From NCBI GenBank assembly GCA_046570105.1, contig JBKHVI010000025.1:1-38384 (forward strand): a stretch of DNA of 38,384 nucleotides. Reading direction: 5' to 3'. Below are positions 9,308 to 19,150 of this stretch, piece after piece. The DNA comes from Bacteriovoracia bacterium. GTDB taxonomy: Bacteria; Bdellovibrionota; Bacteriovoracia; Bacteriovoracales; Bacteriovoracaceae. Every line of letters begins with the position of its first letter. The first letter of the stretch is position 1. The translations under genes were made by a program, and so were the position numbers. The notes beneath the pieces were generated by a model. The model ran no database searches. It saw nothing but the letters and a program-made list of their open reading frames with translations, and was not told the origin of the DNA.

Positions 9308-9889
9308 ATGCCATTCGCACCTACTAGTCACCGTTCTCTTGTGGCCATCATGACAGTTCTTTGTCTGGTGCACGGAGTATTTTTATCTTGGAAACATATG
9401 CAAGATAATTGGGCAACAGGCCAAACTGCCGGTGCTTTAGTGCTCACAATGTCAGAAGCTCAAGTCGCCAAAACCTACGTTCCCCCCAAGCCTAAAAAAA
9501 CTGTGACGCAAACTCTACCCGTCACAGAATCAGCACCTGAGCGTGCTGAAGTTCAAGCAACAGCGACTTCTCCTTTGGCGCAAATGGCAGCAGCCGATTT
9601 GAAGCAGATGTACCTCGCAGAGTTACGCGCTATGATTGAGCGCAACAAAGTTTATCCTGTGCAAGCTTCACGCTTAGGTCAGACCGGCGTAGTAGAAGTC
9701 TCATTTACACTCACAGCTGACGGTCATATCATTGATTCACGGATCTCTAGGCCTTGTCCCTTTCAGCGCCTCAATGAAGCAGCGCTGGTAGCGGTCAATA
9801 CCCTAGGTCACTTTCGACCGATTCCTTCCGAGCTTGGAGGGAATCCGATCGAGGTGAAGATCCCGATACGTTACTCACTTTATAAGTAA
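9308..9889 (+). CDS. tonB: TonB family energy transducer
   Basis: N-terminal TM with His (LCLVHG), Pro/Lys/Thr linker, TonB_C domain YPVQASRLGQTGVVEVSF. Start uncertain (9308 preferred, 9224 possible). Confidence 0.8.
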   Translation: MPFAPTSHRSLVAIMTVLCLVHGVFLSWKHMQDNWATGQTAGALVLTMSEAQVAKTYVPPKPKKTVTQTLPVTESAPERAEVQATATSPLAQMAAADLKQMYLAELRAMIERNKVYPVQASRLGQTGVVEVSFTLTADGHIIDSRISRPCPFQRLNEAALVAVNTLGHFRPIPSELGGNPIEVKIPIRYSLYK

Positions 9890-9908
9890 AACTGAAAAAG
9901 GATTTTCC

Positions 9909-10424
9909 ATGCGTTTGATTGATTATGTGAACCAAGGTGGGGCGATCACTTGGATTCTAGTTGTGATGAATGTGGTTGGACTCTCGCTTGTTCTCTGGCG
10001 CTTTTGGGTTTTGCGCGACTTTGCTGGAAATATTGAAACTCGCGCCCAAAGTTTAACAGATGAATTGAAGTCAGAAGTGAAGGGTGGGGATGTCTTCACC
10101 ATCGCCAAAGATTTTATCTCTGCCAAAGTGGCCGAACTTGAATATGGCATGACAGTTATTCGCGTCGTTGCCACCATCGCACCCCTCCTAGGACTTTTAG
10201 GAACTGTCGTTGGTATTTTCGAAGCTTTCCAAGTCATCGCTGCTAAGGGCCTCGATAATCCAGGAGATTTCGCCTCTGGAATTTCACTCGCCTTGATCAC
10301 TACGATTGCTGGTTTGATCGTCGCGATTCCGCACTATATCGCGCACAACTTTTTGACTGGTAAACTCGACAGTCTAGAAATTCGCTTAGAGAAGTTGGTA
10401 CTTACACGTTTGGCCGGGAAGTAA
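9909..10424 (+). CDS. exbB: MotA/TolQ/ExbB proton channel protein
   Basis: APLLGLLGTVVGI and GISLALITTIAGLIVAIP. Confidence 0.9.
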   Translation: MRLIDYVNQGGAITWILVVMNVVGLSLVLWRFWVLRDFAGNIETRAQSLTDELKSEVKGGDVFTIAKDFISAKVAELEYGMTVIRVVATIAPLLGLLGTVVGIFEAFQVIAAKGLDNPGDFASGISLALITTIAGLIVAIPHYIAHNFLTGKLDSLEIRLEKLVLTRLAGK

Positions 10425-10427
10425 TCC

Positions 10428-10823
10428 ATGTCACGTCGTAATCGCAGAGAACCCCTCACGGCGGATCTCACTCCATTGATTGATATGGTGTTTTTGCTGT
10501 TGATCTTTTTCTTGGTCACCTCGGTGTTCAGAAAAGATGAGCTTGCCCTTCTTTTAAAATTACCTCAGGCGACCCAAGGCCAGGGCGATCAAAAGAAGAT
10601 GGATAATCTTACGATTGAGCTTTCTGACACGGCGGTGGCGATTAACGGCAAACAAGCTTCTATGGAAGAGTTGCCTACCTGGTTTAAAAAGACCGAAGCT
10701 AAAACGCTGGTTAACTTGCGCGTCGATGGTGGTGTTCGTTATGAACGCTTAGTGAAAGTTCTCGATCTTTTGCGTGAGCACAAGCTCGATAACATTTCAC
10801 TGATTACGGAAAAACAAAAATAG
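10428..10823 (+). CDS. exbD: ExbD/TolR biopolymer transport protein
   Basis: DLTPLIDMVFLLLIFFLVTS. Confidence 0.92.
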   Translation: MSRRNRREPLTADLTPLIDMVFLLLIFFLVTSVFRKDELALLLKLPQATQGQGDQKKMDNLTIELSDTAVAINGKQASMEELPTWFKKTEAKTLVNLRVDGGVRYERLVKVLDLLREHKLDNISLITEKQK

Positions 10824-11626
10824 TGCGCATACTGATTGGCCTTTTGGTGCTCCTCATCGGTTGCGCCAAGGACAATTCAGCTCCAGCGAAAGCTCTCACT
10901 GAGAAAGCGCCCGAAGAAATTAATCCCGAACCTGCTCCACATTGTGCTTTTGGTGCACTTCCAAAAAATTGGGTACGCGCAGAGGATTATCTTTCATTCG
11001 CTAATTTTGGTTACCGCGGAGTGGGACGTTGTCGCGGACATGCGCTATTGACTCAAGAATTAATTTATCTGCTGCGCTTTGATCCCACTCTCGCTGATGA
11101 GTGGAGCTGTTGGCAGAACACCGAGTACTGTCGAAGTGCTGTGTACGAGATGTTACAGAAAACCAGGCAAGGTTTAGTCGTGACCGTTCCGGGCTTCAAA
11201 AATTTAGCTGAATTCTCTAGTGTGCCTTTGGTCGAAGCCATTTTGCGCGGGCGAATCATTTCATATGAAACACGCTATAGCGCTCGCAGACTTCCTCTGC
11301 CGGGTTACAACAATCGCAGCATCGCTGTTTTTGAAGAACTCAAGAAACGTGTGCGCCTTAACCAGCGGCCCTATGTGGCGATCAATGGAGCTTTTGTCGG
11401 CTCACATGGTGTGCTGGCCGATCAAGTTAAGAGAAATTTTGTGTGCGTGCGCGATCCGAATATTATTCCCGAGAGTGGGGAAGAAGATTGTCAGAATTAT
11501 TTTTATCGCGAAGGGGATGCTATTCGCTACGTTCGTACTCGTCGCCCAGAAGATACTGTCACGCTGGAGCTGACTGAAGACGAGAATCAGCGCTCGCGCC
11601 ATCTGCGCGCGAGCCTTTGTCCTTAA
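10823..11626 (+). CDS. Lipoprotein, putative papain-like (Cys-His-Asp) enzyme
   Basis: Lipobox LLIGC; F-x-N...GRCRGHA, GSHGVLA and VRDPN in papain-fold order. GTG start overlaps the exbD stop. Confidence 0.6.
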   Translation: MRILIGLLVLLIGCAKDNSAPAKALTEKAPEEINPEPAPHCAFGALPKNWVRAEDYLSFANFGYRGVGRCRGHALLTQELIYLLRFDPTLADEWSCWQNTEYCRSAVYEMLQKTRQGLVVTVPGFKNLAEFSSVPLVEAILRGRIISYETRYSARRLPLPGYNNRSIAVFEELKKRVRLNQRPYVAINGAFVGSHGVLADQVKRNFVCVRDPNIIPESGEEDCQNYFYREGDAIRYVRTRRPEDTVTLELTEDENQRSRHLRASLCP

Positions 11627-12588
11627 AAGACTGGGCTTTCAGTTAACCCATTTTCAATGCCTTTAAACAAGACCGCACAAGCATTATGTGAGTGCAACGA
11701 TTCAAAGTGCTCCAATGAAACAATCCAATCCGCCAAGCGATCATCATTATTGAGTACTTTGAACAAACGTTTAGAAGCATGTTCAACGAACATCGGATTG
11801 GCACCATTAAGAATTGCGAAAGCTTGTTCATCGATGCGTTTTACAAGGCTTTGCGTTTCTGTCGGAATCGCCAAGCGCATGAGCTCAATGAGATCTTCAA
11901 TTCCAAAATTAGCGTTGGCCGCTAAACGAACTTTGGCAGTCGCACGCGAGCGCTGACCATGAGCAACTCCAATACCGTTACCTTCTTCAGTCAATCCGGC
12001 TGCGTAGTCAGCCTCATACTGCTTGGCCATGGAGAGTGAGCAAGGACAAGTTGAAGAGTACTCATATTCTAGAGTGATGAATGACTCAAAACCTTTGGTC
12101 TTGGTTTCACGCGCCTCAATGATAGTGCGGTAGTACTGCCAACCCCAGTTATGGCTCTTCAGCGAGAGCTGTTTAACCGGGTAGCTGAACTGCAGTCGCA
12201 AATAGGCTTCGTCGAGTTTTTCTTCATGATCATAATCGCGAAGGTCGGTGCGATAGCGTGAGAGGACATTGCGGAAAAATTTCTGATTAACAGAGAGATT
12301 GGCACCTTCGTTTTGCAAAATAGAGCATAGGCGACTCATATTGATGCCGGTTTTTCCTGCCGGACAATTCACATACATGCTCGCCTCGCAATCATGATTC
12401 ATGATCGAGCCATCGCGATGTTTAAAGCTCAATGGAATACGAAAGCGATTGATCCCTACACGCGGAATAGAAATTCCTTGGCGATCGGGGAGTTTTTGAA
12501 AGTCATTAAGGCCGGTATCGTCTTGAACTTCACAATTGAGGACTTTATCAGTTACGCCTTTATTTAAGGCTTCAAGATTCTCGCTCAT
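11623..12588 (-). CDS. folE2: GTP cyclohydrolase FolE2 (type IB)
   Basis: GINMSR, YSSTCPCS, AHGQRS, NPMFVE, HFESLHSHNA. ATG at 12588 has AAGGA upstream. Confidence 0.92.
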   Translation of the reverse strand: MSENLEALNKGVTDKVLNCEVQDDTGLNDFQKLPDRQGISIPRVGINRFRIPLSFKHRDGSIMNHDCEASMYVNCPAGKTGINMSRLCSILQNEGANLSVNQKFFRNVLSRYRTDLRDYDHEEKLDEAYLRLQFSYPVKQLSLKSHNWGWQYYRTIIEARETKTKGFESFITLEYEYSSTCPCSLSMAKQYEADYAAGLTEEGNGIGVAHGQRSRATAKVRLAANANFGIEDLIELMRLAIPTETQSLVKRIDEQAFAILNGANPMFVEHASKRLFKVLNNDDRLADWIVSLEHFESLHSHNACAVLFKGIENGLTESPVF

Positions 12589-12783
12589 AAAAAGCATCCT
12601 TTTAAGGAGAGTACCCAGACACTATGCCCCAAAAAGGACGGGCCCAGGAAGTTAAACTCCCCCTGTCTTTCCCATGTCTAACGTCTTATGCAAAGCATTG
12701 ATTTAACAAAAAGAGTGGGCTCGAACTAAAACCCTATAAATCCGGTAGTTTTAGCCTTATTTCATAATTTCATGGAGACCTTA

Positions 12784-12845
12784 TTGCATTTTCTAGTATT
12801 TATCGGCAAAATGTGTCAAACGTATGATTCAAACAAACGTTTGAA
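12784..12845 (+). promoter_or_regulatory. Putative sigma70 promoter and TetR (PsrA-like) operator palindromes
   Basis: TTGCAT-17-CAAAAT (12784-12812), then TCAAACGTATGA (12816-12827) and the perfect inverted repeat TTCAAAC-AAAC-GTTTGAA (12828-12845) abutting the tolC-like RBS. Confidence 0.6.
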
Positions 12846-12858
12846 AAGGATATATATC

Positions 12859-14343
12859 ATGAAATTCCCCGTTTTGTTCACGGGCCTCCTGTTCCTCCAA
12901 ATCCCGGCTGTTTTTGCTGCGGAAACATTCTCCCTAAACGAGAAATCACTCGCCGAAATCTCCCTCACAGAAGCTCCTCAATGGGAATCCATTGAAGCTG
13001 CTTTCCTTGAGGCCAAGTCTGAGTCTGAACAACTGCATGACAAATTTAGACCAGAGATTTTTGGTGACCTGCAAACAGCTGAGACCAAAGAGAAGGCCAT
13101 CATTCAGTTCCAGCCGATTTGGAGCCCCCAGCAAAATGCTCAATTAGGTGTTAGGCAAAATTTCCGTGGGGGCGTAGGACTCTCAGCGGGAGTAGGAGCT
13201 GATCGAAGAAACTCATCGACTGTGTCGGGCCGATTCAAAGAAGTTTCAACTTCCACAGTGCGCCTCGATCTGCAGGTTGATCTCTGGAAAGATTTGTTTG
13301 GTCGTTTGAGTAAAGCACAAAGCAATGCTGCCGACTTTGTCCAAAAGCGTGCTGAGATTGAGCGCAACGTCCAAAGAAAAGCCTTCCAGCTCTCCCTTCG
13401 CCGTACCTACTGGTCATTGGTGGCCAATAATGAACAAATCAAGGTTTATGAGGGACTGAAAAAAATCTCTCAGGAGCAATTGGCCGATGCCACTCGCAGA
13501 AAAAATGCGGGTGTCGCCGATTTAGGGGAAGTGGCACGCTACGAGGCGCAAGTGGCATCTCGTGAAGGTTCACGTCTCTATTATATGTATCAGCGAGAAA
13601 TTTTGCTTAAACAACTCAAGAATCTTCTGCCAAGCTTAATGGCGAAAGATGTGGTCTTAACTGAGTACGATGTTCCAAAAATGATTCAAACGGTGCTGGC
13701 TTGTACAGCGACCATTGCCAGCAATACGAGCGTTCCCTATGAATACACTCAGTATGATGAAATCACTGCGCTCTTGCGTCAGAATCAAAAAGAGCAATCA
13801 AAACTCGCCTCGAGTTATGATGATGTGGATTTGAAATTTATTGGCTCAGTGAAAACCACTGGTGTCGCGAGTAAAGATAAAGGCAATGGTTTAATCGAAG
13901 GATCTGTTAATGATGCCTTCGATGACTGGCAAGAAAATGATCGTACTGGATATTCCGCAGGTCTTCAGTTAGTGATTCCGCTTGGTAAAGGGGATACTCG
14001 TAAAACTCAAGAGCTTTTGGCCGAAAAACGCTTCAATGCGCAGATCAAACAAAACGATACGGATATCATCTCCACTCATCAGCAGCTCGTGAAAGTCATT
14101 GGGCTTTTGTCAGAAGTGGTGCGATCTCAGAAACAAAATACCATTGCTCTAGAGAAACGCCTGCAAGTGCAAAATCGTAAATTCCGCGAGGCCCGTGTTT
14201 CGGCCAATGATTTGATTTTGGATCAAGATGCTCTTTTGAATTCCAATCTCACAACGATCAGCACACAACTTGAAATTATAAATACTATTTTCGATTACCT
14301 GGTTGTCTTTACTGAAACTCCTTGTGAGTTCAACAGGATCTAA
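12859..14343 (+). CDS. TolC family outer-membrane efflux protein
   Basis: Signal peptide MKFPVLF..VFA, coiled-coil OEP-like repeats, YSAGLQLVIPLG strand; directly upstream of an RND gene. ATG at 12859 with AAGGA RBS. Confidence 0.8.
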   Translation: MKFPVLFTGLLFLQIPAVFAAETFSLNEKSLAEISLTEAPQWESIEAAFLEAKSESEQLHDKFRPEIFGDLQTAETKEKAIIQFQPIWSPQQNAQLGVRQNFRGGVGLSAGVGADRRNSSTVSGRFKEVSTSTVRLDLQVDLWKDLFGRLSKAQSNAADFVQKRAEIERNVQRKAFQLSLRRTYWSLVANNEQIKVYEGLKKISQEQLADATRRKNAGVADLGEVARYEAQVASREGSRLYYMYQREILLKQLKNLLPSLMAKDVVLTEYDVPKMIQTVLACTATIASNTSVPYEYTQYDEITALLRQNQKEQSKLASSYDDVDLKFIGSVKTTGVASKDKGNGLIEGSVNDAFDDWQENDRTGYSAGLQLVIPLGKGDTRKTQELLAEKRFNAQIKQNDTDIISTHQQLVKVIGLLSEVVRSQKQNTIALEKRLQVQNRKFREARVSANDLILDQDALLNSNLTTISTQLEIINTIFDYLVVFTETPCEFNRI

Positions 14344-14346
14344 CAC

Positions 14347-17300
14347 ATGAAGAATATTGCTGATTTTTTTATTCGCAACTATAAGCTCACTCTCGTACTG
14401 ATGGGCTTTATGTTGGTAATCGGACTGCAAGGTTTAAGCAAAATGAATGCTGAATCTTGGCCGGCGGTGGATTTTGCCATCGCTACTATTACCACCAACT
14501 ATAAAGGGGCTTCACCGGAAGATATTGAGGCCCTTATCACTAAACCGATTGAAGATGAGATCCGCGCTGTTTCAGGGATTAAGGATGTAAAGTCCATCTC
14601 GCAAACTGGCCAAAGTGTCATCGTAGTCCGCGCTGATATGGATAATGTTGATTCAACCAAGGTTATGGATGATCTGCAGAAAGCGGTTCAACGTGTTTCA
14701 AAGCTTCCACCGGACCTTGAACAACAGCCGAGTTTTTTAGAAATTAAGTCGGCCGAGTTTCCTGCAATTGAAATTGCCGTCGTGGGTTCAGGCGTGAACC
14801 GTTTACGTGATCGCATCGCTGATCTTTTAAAAGAAGAGATTGAAGATATCGATGCGGTGAAAGATGTTCGCCCAAGCGGTTTCAGAAATCGTGAATTTAC
14901 CGTCGAACTTGATATGGCGAAACTCAATGCCATGAACATCGGTGTTTCAGAAGTTCTCGCCAAGGCGCAATCTCGCAATATTTCCACACCTGGTGGAGAT
15001 ATGAAGAGTGCCACCGAAAAACGTTTGGTGCGCTTAGATGCTAAAGTTAAAAATGCTGAAGAGTTAGGTGATTTGGTTATCCGTTCTAACTTTGCCGGGC
15101 AAATTGTTCGCTTAAAAGATGTCGCCAAGGCGATTGATGGAGCTGAAGAACCAAAAACGCTTACGACTTGGAACGGACAAGAAGCAGTTTTACTCATCGT
15201 GAACAAAAAAGCAGGCGCTGACACCATCAAGCTTGCTGACCAAGTATTTGCTGTCGTGGAGCGCTACAAAAAAGCCTACGAAGGCACGGTTCAATTCAAT
15301 GTCTATAATAACGAAGCAACCAAAGTGCGAGCGAAGCTTGATACGCTTAACTCTAACGCTGTTTCAGGACTCGTGATTGTTCTCGCATTCTTATTAGTCT
15401 TTATTCCCGGCTGGACTGGGGTGATGGCCTCGATGTCTCTGCCACTCGCGATTCTCACCACTCTTGGTATTATGCCGATGTTTGGCTTGAATCTTGACTC
15501 AATCACGATCCTTGCATTGATCATCGCCATGGGTATGTTGGTCGATAACTCCATTGTCATTACCGATAACTTCGTTGGCCTTCGTCGAGAAGGGATGCCG
15601 ACTCACCAAGCTCTCGTTAAAACCATTGCTGATCTGTGGGCGCCGATTACCGCCACAGCTTTCACAACCATTGCCGCCTTCCTTCCTATGCTTGTCACCA
15701 AAGGCATCATGGGTAAGTTCATTATGGCGATTCCGATCGTTGTGACCATTGCTCTGATCGTTTCACTCTTTGAGTCATTCTTATTCTTGCCTATGCGTTT
15801 GTCATTCGTGGGAAATCGTGTGAAGAAAATGGGTGAGGCCGGTGCCAAGGATTGGTTTGCACCTTTCCGTGTGAAATTTGAGAATTTTATGCGCAAAGTG
15901 GTTAAGCATCGCTACATCACAGTGGGCAGTATGTTGGCCTTGATCGTGGGCTCATTAGTGCTGAATGCGGTCGGAAATAAGTTTATTCTATTCCCAGCCG
16001 AACATACTGAGATTTATATGGCGCGCGTAGAAGCTCCTATTGGAACTCCGCTTGAGCGCACACGTCAGATTGTGGCGGAAATCAGTCAAAAAGTGCTTGA
16101 GGTCGGTGGAGAGAAAAACGTTCGTGAAGTTATCGCTCGTGCTGGTACTTCGAAAGGTCGTCCTGATGATGCCAAAGGTGGCGAAGGGGACAATCAAGGT
16201 CTTATCACCATCTACGCGACTGATTACGCAAAATATAATGTGCCTTATACCGTCTTTTTGAAAAAGCTTCGTGATGAGATTGATACCAAGGAATATGGAA
16301 CCGTCATTTTTGAAGAGATGATTAATGGACCACCAGTGGGTGCGGCAGTATCAGCGACATTCCGCTCTAACGATGCCCGCAAAAATCAAGAAGTCATTGA
16401 TGAAGTGATGGCGCTCTTGAAGGCCACGCCAGGGATTCTTGATCTTAAAGTCGAAGACGTAACGGATGCAGAAGAAGTTTTAGTGAATGTGGATTATCCA
16501 CTCACGGATCGTTTAGGGATCAATGTCGCTGACATTGGCACCACGGTTCGTACGGCGATGGGTGGTTTGTTTATCTCTGATGTGACGTTGGATAACAAAG
16601 AAGTGAATTTGAATGTGAAATTCAAAGACACTAACCGTGAGAACTACCAAGATTTGGCACAAATTCCGGTGATGGATCGCCAAGGCAATCTTGTTCCTCT
16701 AGGTCGCATGGCGAAGTTTGAAACCAAGCCTGGAACTCCTCAGATCAAACGTTTTGATTACAAACGCGCTCGCACAATTACTGCCAGTGTAGATGGCATT
16801 AAGATGACGTCACCTGTTGCTAATGGAATTTTAGCGAAGAAATGGGCCGAGCTGCAATTGAAGTATCCAGAAGTTTCATTGGTACAAGGTGGTGAGAACG
16901 AAAGTACTGCTGAATCAATGCAGTCACTTGCTGATGCGATGGTTTTGGCGTTGATTGGTATTTTTGCTTTGATGGTCTTTATGTTCCGTTCATTCCTAAT
17001 GCCCTTTGTAATTATGATGACTATTCCATTAGGTCTGATTGGTTTCTCTATTTCATTCTTCTTGCACCAGCGCCCGGTCAGCTTCCTTGCTATGATTGGT
17101 ATTATTGGTCTGGCAGGAATTATTGTGAACTCAGGGATTGTTCTAGTTGAGTTCATTAACGTGCTTCGCAAAGAAGCGAAGATGCCGCTTGATGAGATTT
17201 TGGTGCAAGCATCGGGTCAGCGTTTCCGTGCCGTTATCACCACATCACTCACAACGATGGCGGGACTCTTTCCGACCGCCTACGGTATTGGTGGACAAGA

Positions 17301-17511
17301 TGCCATGTTGATTCCCATGACCATGGCGATGGCCTGGGGACTCACGACCGGTACGATCTTTACTTTGATTTTCGTTCCACCAGCAGTGGCGATTATTGAA
17401 GACTGGATGACGTTCTTGTTAAAATTACCAGGACTTCGTTCATTTAAAAATCTAGGCTCAAGTGTTGAGCATTCGGTAGAGGACCTGCCTGAGGAGATGG
17501 TGAAGTCATGA
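14347..17511 (+). CDS. RND efflux transporter permease (AcrB/AcrD/AcrF family)
   Basis: 1054 aa; GASPEDIE..ITKPIE, GMLVDNSIV, TTIAAFLP, GIIVNSGIVLV, RFRAVITTSLTT. Confidence 0.95.
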   Translation: MKNIADFFIRNYKLTLVLMGFMLVIGLQGLSKMNAESWPAVDFAIATITTNYKGASPEDIEALITKPIEDEIRAVSGIKDVKSISQTGQSVIVVRADMDNVDSTKVMDDLQKAVQRVSKLPPDLEQQPSFLEIKSAEFPAIEIAVVGSGVNRLRDRIADLLKEEIEDIDAVKDVRPSGFRNREFTVELDMAKLNAMNIGVSEVLAKAQSRNISTPGGDMKSATEKRLVRLDAKVKNAEELGDLVIRSNFAGQIVRLKDVAKAIDGAEEPKTLTTWNGQEAVLLIVNKKAGADTIKLADQVFAVVERYKKAYEGTVQFNVYNNEATKVRAKLDTLNSNAVSGLVIVLAFLLVFIPGWTGVMASMSLPLAILTTLGIMPMFGLNLDSITILALIIAMGMLVDNSIVITDNFVGLRREGMPTHQALVKTIADLWAPITATAFTTIAAFLPMLVTKGIMGKFIMAIPIVVTIALIVSLFESFLFLPMRLSFVGNRVKKMGEAGAKDWFAPFRVKFENFMRKVVKHRYITVGSMLALIVGSLVLNAVGNKFILFPAEHTEIYMARVEAPIGTPLERTRQIVAEISQKVLEVGGEKNVREVIARAGTSKGRPDDAKGGEGDNQGLITIYATDYAKYNVPYTVFLKKLRDEIDTKEYGTVIFEEMINGPPVGAAVSATFRSNDARKNQEVIDEVMALLKATPGILDLKVEDVTDAEEVLVNVDYPLTDRLGINVADIGTTVRTAMGGLFISDVTLDNKEVNLNVKFKDTNRENYQDLAQIPVMDRQGNLVPLGRMAKFETKPGTPQIKRFDYKRARTITASVDGIKMTSPVANGILAKKWAELQLKYPEVSLVQGGENESTAESMQSLADAMVLALIGIFALMVFMFRSFLMPFVIMMTIPLGLIGFSISFFLHQRPVSFLAMIGIIGLAGIIVNSGIVLVEFINVLRKEAKMPLDEILVQASGQRFRAVITTSLTTMAGLFPTAYGIGGQDAMLIPMTMAMAWGLTTGTIFTLIFVPPAVAIIEDWMTFLLKLPGLRSFKNLGSSVEHSVEDLPEEMVKS

Positions 17512-18125
17512 CTGAATCACAGATTCTCGATACCAAAAATAAAATCTTGTCGGCCGCTCGAGAGCTGTTTGCCATCAAAGGATTTGATGGCGCCTCGGTG
17601 CGCGAGATTGCTCGCGTCGCCGAAGTGAATATTGCAGCGGTGAATTATCACTTTGATACCAAAGAAAAACTTTTCTTTCAGGTGATGGATGTCATTTTCA
17701 TGGAATCGCAAACGGCGATTGAAAAACGGCGCAGTGATTTTCCTGAGGAAAAAGTAGAGGATTTGGCAGTTTGGATTTTTGGTTATTTTAATGAGCGCTC
17801 AGACATTTTGCGATCGGTGTTTAAGATGCTCTTGTCAGAGAAGGGCTGGGGCGAAGATATGGCCTGCGGTCCCAATGACGAAGACTTCGGTCCTCCGGGT
17901 GAAATGGCGATCGCGCGAGCGATTACCGCACAAGTGAAGCACGACGTACCTGAGGCCGATATGTTCTGGGCGGTGAAAATGATCTTCTCAAACGTGATTC
18001 ATCTCTCTCTGATGTACTCGAATCACTTCTGCAAAATGAGCGAAAAAGATGCTCCTTACCACGACATTCAAACCCTTCAGGGCGATATCCGTCGCTTGGT
18101 GGGTGTTATCCTAAAAGACCTATAA
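17508..18125 (+). CDS. TetR/AcrR family transcriptional regulator
   Basis: ILSAARELFAIKGFDGASVREIARVAEVNIAAVNYHF HTH; ATGA overlap with the RND gene. Confidence 0.93.
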   Translation: MTESQILDTKNKILSAARELFAIKGFDGASVREIARVAEVNIAAVNYHFDTKEKLFFQVMDVIFMESQTAIEKRRSDFPEEKVEDLAVWIFGYFNERSDILRSVFKMLLSEKGWGEDMACGPNDEDFGPPGEMAIARAITAQVKHDVPEADMFWAVKMIFSNVIHLSLMYSNHFCKMSEKDAPYHDIQTLQGDIRRLVGVILKDL

Positions 18126-18164
18126 AACTACAGCTGTCTAAAGTTTTGACAGTATTTCAAGGCA

Positions 18165-18189
18165 TTAGGCCCTCTTCATGAGGGCCTAA
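18165..18189 (+). terminator. Hairpin, probable terminator of the tolC-RND-tetR unit
   Basis: TTAGGCCCTC-TTCAT-GAGGGCCTAA perfect 10-bp stem; weak U-tract. Confidence 0.55.
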
Positions 18190-18311
18190 GTTCTCAAATA
18201 AACTTACAAAAGCAAAATAGTCAGGAGTTTAGCCCGGTTCTTGCATGGAATGGCATGCAATGGATTTTTGCACGTTAGCCTAAATGGATTTGGGCGTCAT
18301 AAGGGGAACTT

Positions 18312-19133
18312 ATGCGCCTCATGTTTGCGACAGTGTTGATGCTGATTTCGGTGGGTGTTGCTCACGCGCAATCAACGTTGCAACAGAACTTAACTGCCAA
18401 GAAGCCACCGACGTACTCGGGCAACTTGTCGTTGGGTTACAACACCAATCTTTATAACCCAAATACCTATTCATCAGAGTCTTCTGTTTCTGGGGACTTG
18501 ACCTTTAACTACCGCGTGAAAGACGCCAACCTCATCCGCGCTTATTTGGGTGGCTATAAAGAGACAACTCAAGGCCAAGAGTGGAAACCAAATGATGGTT
18601 TTGTTGGTTGGGTTAACAACTCATTTTGGACTCGCGGAAAGAAGCTCACGATTGGTCAGCAAATCCGCGCTAATCTTCCTTATTCTAAAGAGTCTCGCGA
18701 TAGGGACACAAAGTTACTAGGTATCAGTGTGGCCCCACTTGTTATGGCCACTTTGACCCCATCAGTGATGGTGATCTACCTTCCACAGGTCATTAAGAAC
18801 TTCCACAGCTACAAACAAAATCGCGTGGGTTCCGCCAATATCGAGTACACCACCAGCCATACCTTAGTTGGTATCTGGAGCATCACCGACAATATTTATC
18901 TTCAGCCAGTCGCCGGATATTCGCAGAGCTGGACCTACGATGGCACTCGTCGTAATCCAGGTTTCTCAGCTTCAGGCGAAATTGGTTATTCATTCGCTAG
19001 CGGCATCACTTGGGGTGCAGGCTGGACGAACGCCGGATCTTTCCGTCGTTTTGAGAATGGTACTGATCAAACATTTGAATTATTCGATAACGAAACCAGC
19101 ACAGTATATACAGCTCTCTATTGGGTCTTTTAA
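18312..19133 (+). CDS. Putative outer-membrane beta-barrel protein
   Basis: Signal peptide ending AHA; alternating Tyr/Gly/Trp amphipathic strands; C-terminal beta-signal YTALYWVF; AAGGGG RBS. Confidence 0.7.
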   Translation: MRLMFATVLMLISVGVAHAQSTLQQNLTAKKPPTYSGNLSLGYNTNLYNPNTYSSESSVSGDLTFNYRVKDANLIRAYLGGYKETTQGQEWKPNDGFVGWVNNSFWTRGKKLTIGQQIRANLPYSKESRDRDTKLLGISVAPLVMATLTPSVMVIYLPQVIKNFHSYKQNRVGSANIEYTTSHTLVGIWSITDNIYLQPVAGYSQSWTYDGTRRNPGFSASGEIGYSFASGITWGAGWTNAGSFRRFENGTDQTFELFDNETSTVYTALYWVF

Positions 19134-19150
19134 GGGAAGGGGAATTGGAC

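Noticed and set aside
18230..18245. Sigma54-like element TAGCCC-GGTTC-TTGCA
   Set aside because: The invariant -24 GG is AG, so it is not called as a feature.
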